DNA from: an uncultured Acidobacteriaceae bacterium
GTDB taxonomy: Bacteria; Acidobacteriota; Terriglobia; Terriglobales; Acidobacteriaceae
Length of the DNA: 64,000 nucleotides
NCBI GenBank assembly: GCA_963709025.1
Contig: CAVPVE010000022.1
Span: forward strand, 3,509-67,508
Direction of reading: 5' to 3'
The position numbers and the translations under genes are program-made. Positions 60,304 through 64,000 of this stretch are shown here, in pieces (the first letter of the stretch is position 1; each line of letters starts with the position of its first letter). The notes beneath the pieces are model-generated. The model ran no database searches and was not told where the DNA came from. It worked only from the letters and a program-made list of their open reading frames with translations.

Positions 60304-63185
60304 ATCACGGAATTTTTCTGCGCTGTCACACATGCATTCTGGACGAGGAAACCCTGGAAAAGGGTGGAAAGAGGAAACAGGACCCACTTCCGAAGTATGT
60401 TCTCGTTCTCGACACCGAGACCACAACCGACGCACTCCAGACCTTAAATTTCGGCGTCTATCAGTTTTGTGAATTGACAACCGAAGGCAAGTATCGGTGT
60501 CTGGAGGAAGGAATCTTCTATGGCGACGAACTAGGATCCGAGCAGCAAGCCGTACTTCGCGCTTACGTCACCCAGCAAAACGAGAACCGGGCCAAGGACG
60601 AATTGAAACTCAGGCTTTACGAACGCCGCGTATTTGTCGAGAAAGTGATGTACACGGCGGTTCAGGCTGGAGCAGCAATTGTCGCTTTCAATCTGCCTTT
60701 CGATCTGTCGCGGCTCGCTGTCGAATACCGGGTAGCGCGCGGAGCTGGCGGAGGCGGCTGGAGCTTTGTCGTCTTTCGCTACAAGAATAAGTCGAAGGAT
60801 GAATGGGTTCCGAACACATTCCGTCCTCGCGTCCAACTTCGTCCGAAGGACTCGAAAGCTGCGTTTATTCGGTTGGCGGGAGGCGACATGAATCAACCGT
60901 ATCGTGTCGGTCGCTTCTTAGACCTTAAGACCCTGGTCTGGGCCCTCCGAAACAAGAGTCTCAGCCTTGACAGTGCATGTCGCGAATTCAAAGTACCGGG
61001 CAAACTCGACAACTACGTTCCAAGTGGAAGGATCACACCGGAAGAAGTCAAGTATTGCAGGCAAGACGTTCGTGCGACCGTCGGATTGTTGAATGCACTA
61101 ATCGCGGAATTCAAGAACTATCCTCTGGGCGATCTTCCACCGGAAAGAGCCTACTCAGCCGCATCCATCGCCAAAGCCTTCCTGAAGACAATGGGAGTTA
61201 TTTCACCCCAGCGAAAATTCCAGCTCGACAACCAAACAAACGGCATCTGCATGCAGGCTTACTACGGCGGACGCGCGGAAATTCGCATCCGTCATACTCC
61301 TGTCCCGGTTGTGTATACGGATTTCACAAGCCAATACCCGACGGTTAACACTCTTTTGGGACTATGGCGAGTGCTAACGGCAGATCGGGTGCAAGTCGTA
61401 GACGCTACCGATGAGATTCGATCCCTTTTGCAATCGCTCACGATCGATAATCTGCTTGATCAGAGAACTTGGCCTAAGCTGGCATTCTTCGCATTGATTC
61501 AGCCTGAAGCCGACATTTTTCCGGTTCGAACGGTCTACGGCGATGGTCAGACAGTCGATCAAACAAACATAGGACTGAATCCGCTCACGTCAAATGCACC
61601 GGTTTGGTCTGCGGGTCCTGACGTGGTCGGATCAGCGCTATTAACGGGAAGACCGCCGAAGATTTTGCGAGCCATTCGGATCGAACCGATGGGCGTTCAG
61701 AAGGGCATGAACTCCGTTACGTTGGGGACAGGATCGATTGATCCGCATGCGGATGATTTCTTTCGCAAAGTCATTGAAGAGCGAAAGGGAAAACAGAAAA
61801 GCGACCCTCTCTATTATTTTCTCAAAATCCTGGCGAACGCCGGGTGCTATGGAATCTATGCCGAAGTCAACAAACTCCAAGTTGGAAAGAACAAGGCAAA
61901 GAAAATCGGAATCTTTTCGGGAGAGCTGAGCGGGACTGAACGAACCTGCGTCATGGAAGTGCCGGGCCCCTGGTATTTCCCACCTGTGGCCTCTCTGATT
62001 ACAGCTGGCGGAAGATTGCTTTTGGCCATGTTGGAACGGATGGTTACAGACGCAGGCGGAACCTACCTCATGTGCGACACCGACTCCATGGCTATCGTCT
62101 CCTCTGAACGAGGCGGACTCCTCCGATGCAGTGGTGGCTCGCATCGCATATCGGATGGAAGTGATGCCATTAAAGCTCTGTCATGGAAGCAGGTTCGGGA
62201 AATAGTCGATCGATTCGAGGCTTTGAATCCGTATGACAAGAGAGTGATTCCGGGCTCAATCCTGAACATTGTCCAGGAGCTCAATTTCGATTCGGAAGGT
62301 GGCCAACGACAACTGTACGGCTACGGTATTTCCGCAAAACGCTACGCTCTGTACACCCAGGAGAAATCTGGAATTCACCTTATCAAAGTGAGTGAGCATG
62401 GCCTCGGGCTTTACTATCGGCCAAAAGAAGGTCGCGATCCAGAATGCGAGGTGTCAACTTGGATCAAGGAAGGTTGGCAATGGATGTTGAACCGAGCTCT
62501 CGGCTTCCGCAGTTACAAACCGAAGTGGTTTCGCCTTCCGGTTATGAGACGGATTGCCATCAGCACGCCAAATGTGATGGCAGCACTGCGTCGATTACGA
62601 CGCGATCAAGCCAAACCCTACAATTTTGCATTGTCTCCAGTCTTGGTGAACCTAACCAACATCCCACTGACTCTGTTGGCTCCTTTCGAAAAGGACTCGT
62701 CTCAATGGATGAAATTGCCTCATGTGAACATTCATGATGGCACAACTCACTGTTTGGAGAAGCCAACCGTACCTATCGTGGTGCAAACCTTTGAGATGGT
62801 ATTCAAGCAGTATCACGGCCATCGCGAAGCCAAGAGCTCCGCGCCGGATGGCAGTCGTTGCAAACCCGATACGGATGGTCTGCTCAAGCGATATCCGGTG
62901 ACGGCAACGAGTTTTCATCTGATCGGCAAAGAAACTGAGCGAGGCTGGGAGCAGAGCGATGATGTCAGTACCCTCGTGCCTTCGCTAGTGCGATACGGCT
63001 CTGACACTGGTATTGCCGACGAGCAACTCAGAAAACGGCTGCTTGAGATACCACTAGCCTTCCTGGAATTCGAAACCGGATTGAGTCGGCATACGATCGT
63101 GCGAGCACGAAGAGGCCAACCAGTACACGCGCGGTCACTGCAGCTTCTTAAGAATGTTGTCCGCCGAGTGCCAGTTCGAAAATGA
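60300..63185 (+). CDS. polB: Family B DNA polymerase with 3'-5' exonuclease domain
   Basis: ExoI LVLDTETTTD. ExoII IVAFNLPFDLSRL. ExoIII YCRQDVRAT. Motif A VYTDFTSQYPT. Motif B KILANAGCYGIYAE. Motif C YLMCDTDSMAIV. KxY-like ISAKRYALY. HTH-like C-terminal tail. Confidence 0.85.
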   Translation: MNHGIFLRCHTCILDEETLEKGGKRKQDPLPKYVLVLDTETTTDALQTLNFGVYQFCELTTEGKYRCLEEGIFYGDELGSEQQAVLRAYVTQQNENRAKDELKLRLYERRVFVEKVMYTAVQAGAAIVAFNLPFDLSRLAVEYRVARGAGGGGWSFVVFRYKNKSKDEWVPNTFRPRVQLRPKDSKAAFIRLAGGDMNQPYRVGRFLDLKTLVWALRNKSLSLDSACREFKVPGKLDNYVPSGRITPEEVKYCRQDVRATVGLLNALIAEFKNYPLGDLPPERAYSAASIAKAFLKTMGVISPQRKFQLDNQTNGICMQAYYGGRAEIRIRHTPVPVVYTDFTSQYPTVNTLLGLWRVLTADRVQVVDATDEIRSLLQSLTIDNLLDQRTWPKLAFFALIQPEADIFPVRTVYGDGQTVDQTNIGLNPLTSNAPVWSAGPDVVGSALLTGRPPKILRAIRIEPMGVQKGMNSVTLGTGSIDPHADDFFRKVIEERKGKQKSDPLYYFLKILANAGCYGIYAEVNKLQVGKNKAKKIGIFSGELSGTERTCVMEVPGPWYFPPVASLITAGGRLLLAMLERMVTDAGGTYLMCDTDSMAIVSSERGGLLRCSGGSHRISDGSDAIKALSWKQVREIVDRFEALNPYDKRVIPGSILNIVQELNFDSEGGQRQLYGYGISAKRYALYTQEKSGIHLIKVSEHGLGLYYRPKEGRDPECEVSTWIKEGWQWMLNRALGFRSYKPKWFRLPVMRRIAISTPNVMAALRRLRRDQAKPYNFALSPVLVNLTNIPLTLLAPFEKDSSQWMKLPHVNIHDGTTHCLEKPTVPIVVQTFEMVFKQYHGHREAKSSAPDGSRCKPDTDGLLKRYPVTATSFHLIGKETERGWEQSDDVSTLVPSLVRYGSDTGIADEQLRKRLLEIPLAFLEFETGLSRHTIVRARRGQPVHARSLQLLKNVVRRVPVRK

Positions 63186-63199
63186 TTGCGCGCAATTCG

Positions 63200-63847
63200 T
63201 CAGACTCTAGTTCGTCTGCTTGGAAGCGGACGATCTTGGGTCATCCCGACGCACTCATGAAAGCAACGTGAGTCAACTTTCAAAGACTCTGCAATCTTTG
63301 CGATATCCTCCCGGTGCTTTGAACTTTGCTCCCAACGGGTGTCTAAGATAGCAGTAGCAGGAATCGCCTCTCGCTGGCGGAGGAGAGCCAAGCGTTGAAG
63401 GTCCCTTCGCACGCCGCGCCGACACGAATCCTGAAATATGGGATGGAGGTCATTCCAGTTGGCCTTTAGGGCATATATTCGGCGCTTTACTCTCTGAGTC
63501 TTCTGTCGCACCGACCGCTCAGTGAGCCGAGTACGCTTCTTCCAGTCTCCTCGGCCCCTCAGCCAAATACCGTACGCTGCGACATGCGATGCAAGTTCAG
63601 AGGTGAGCCACTTCTTCCTTCCAACGTCGCTCGTACCCAAGGCGATTAAATCCAGACCGCTCCGTCTAATGTTCCTCGTCGGCCCAACAATCAAAATATC
63701 CAGGTCGGAGTCAGGCCTGGCTAGTCCCGCAGCACATGAACCAAACACAACGATTTCGCGAGCACAACCCAGGGTTGCAAAAGAGATCCCCAACTCTGCC
63801 AGTCGGGATCTCAATAATTGCATTAGATCTGATCTTCTAGTTCTCAT
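63200..63847 (-). CDS. Nucleotidyltransferase-domain protein (MNT / Pol-beta superfamily) with an uncharacterised C-terminal half
   Basis: VVFGSCAAGLARPDSDLDILIVGP (GSxxxG...SDLDIL). Confidence 0.7.
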   Translation of the reverse strand: MRTRRSDLMQLLRSRLAELGISFATLGCAREIVVFGSCAAGLARPDSDLDILIVGPTRNIRRSGLDLIALGTSDVGRKKWLTSELASHVAAYGIWLRGRGDWKKRTRLTERSVRQKTQRVKRRIYALKANWNDLHPIFQDSCRRGVRRDLQRLALLRQREAIPATAILDTRWEQSSKHREDIAKIAESLKVDSRCFHECVGMTQDRPLPSRRTRV

Positions 63848-63977
63848 GTGGTTCTATGATTTTTTCGAGTAAAACCAACACTTGCCCTAACGACTTGAGC
63901 CCCTCTCTCATTTCGTCCTTTGTGGGCCCTTCGCCGTATGCTTGTAATATTTCGTCAAACTGTTCTGCCAAATTCAT
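63837..63977 (-). CDS. Small ORF overlapping the NTase start by 11 nt (may extend beyond the window)
   Basis: MNLAEQFDEILQAYGEGPTKDEMREGLKSLGQVLVLLEKIIEPHEN*. The frame stays open upstream to position 64000. Confidence 0.35.
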   Translation of the reverse strand: MNLAEQFDEILQAYGEGPTKDEMREGLKSLGQVLVLLEKIIEPHEN

Positions 63978-64000
63978 GATTTCCCCGTCGTCGTCTAGCC

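Larger units (their letters stand above)
56718..64000. mobile_element. Casposon-like self-synthesizing element core (cas1, polB, HNH, HTH); ends not defined
   Basis: Based on gene content only. No terminal inverted repeats or target duplication were identified inside the window. The left boundary could instead be the tRNA-like end at 49744. Confidence 0.5.

Noticed and set aside
56718-64000. A CRISPR array or other cas genes near cas1
   Set aside because: I read all non-coding stretches longer than about 150 nt in the window (10.0-10.4, 25.97-26.3, 28.1-28.4, 46.7-47.7, 49.3-50.6 and 56.7-56.8 kb). None shows regularly spaced 25-40-bp repeats. The neighbouring ORFs are HTH, HNH, PolB and NTase, not Cas2 or Cas4.

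Overview
All calls below rest on motif-level reading of the ORF translations and the raw DNA. No database search was possible, and I cannot exclude missed small genes or ncRNAs.

This is a high-GC bacterial chromosomal segment. Its gene content looks acidobacterial: DUF3300/DUF2950 pairs, an ECF sigma factor with a TPR Ser/Thr kinase, many secreted proteins and lipoproteins, and a sulfatase with FGE. That assignment is inference only.

The window falls into four zones.

1. **1-26 kb: intact housekeeping and accessory genes.** These include a DUF3302-HlyD-NodT efflux operon, an SLC13 permease, an arylsulfatase with its formylglycine-generating enzyme, a TRIC channel, a NarL-type two-component system, OmpA, and an ECF sigma/kinase pair.

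2. **26.3-28.1 kb: an integration module.** A 3' half of tRNA-Lys(UUU) sits directly next to a tyrosine integrase and an excisionase-like gene.

3. **28.4-47.9 kb: a tract of decayed genes.** 14 of about 19 genes are truncated, frameshifted or carry a stop codon. Many are paralogs of intact genes in zone 1. The tract is followed by two diverged direct repeats, each starting with a tRNA-like 3' end (47.33 kb and 49.72 kb).

4. **50.6-64 kb: the most interesting region.**
   - A Sec-dependent RHS/YD polymorphic toxin with an unassigned C-terminal domain, plus an overlapping secreted partner.
   - A solo Cas1 homolog, with no CRISPR array and no other cas genes in the window.
   - Divergent from it, an HTH-HNH-family B DNA polymerase operon.
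   - Together this is the gene content that defines casposons (self-synthesizing transposons). The element ends were not found and probably lie beyond the right edge.
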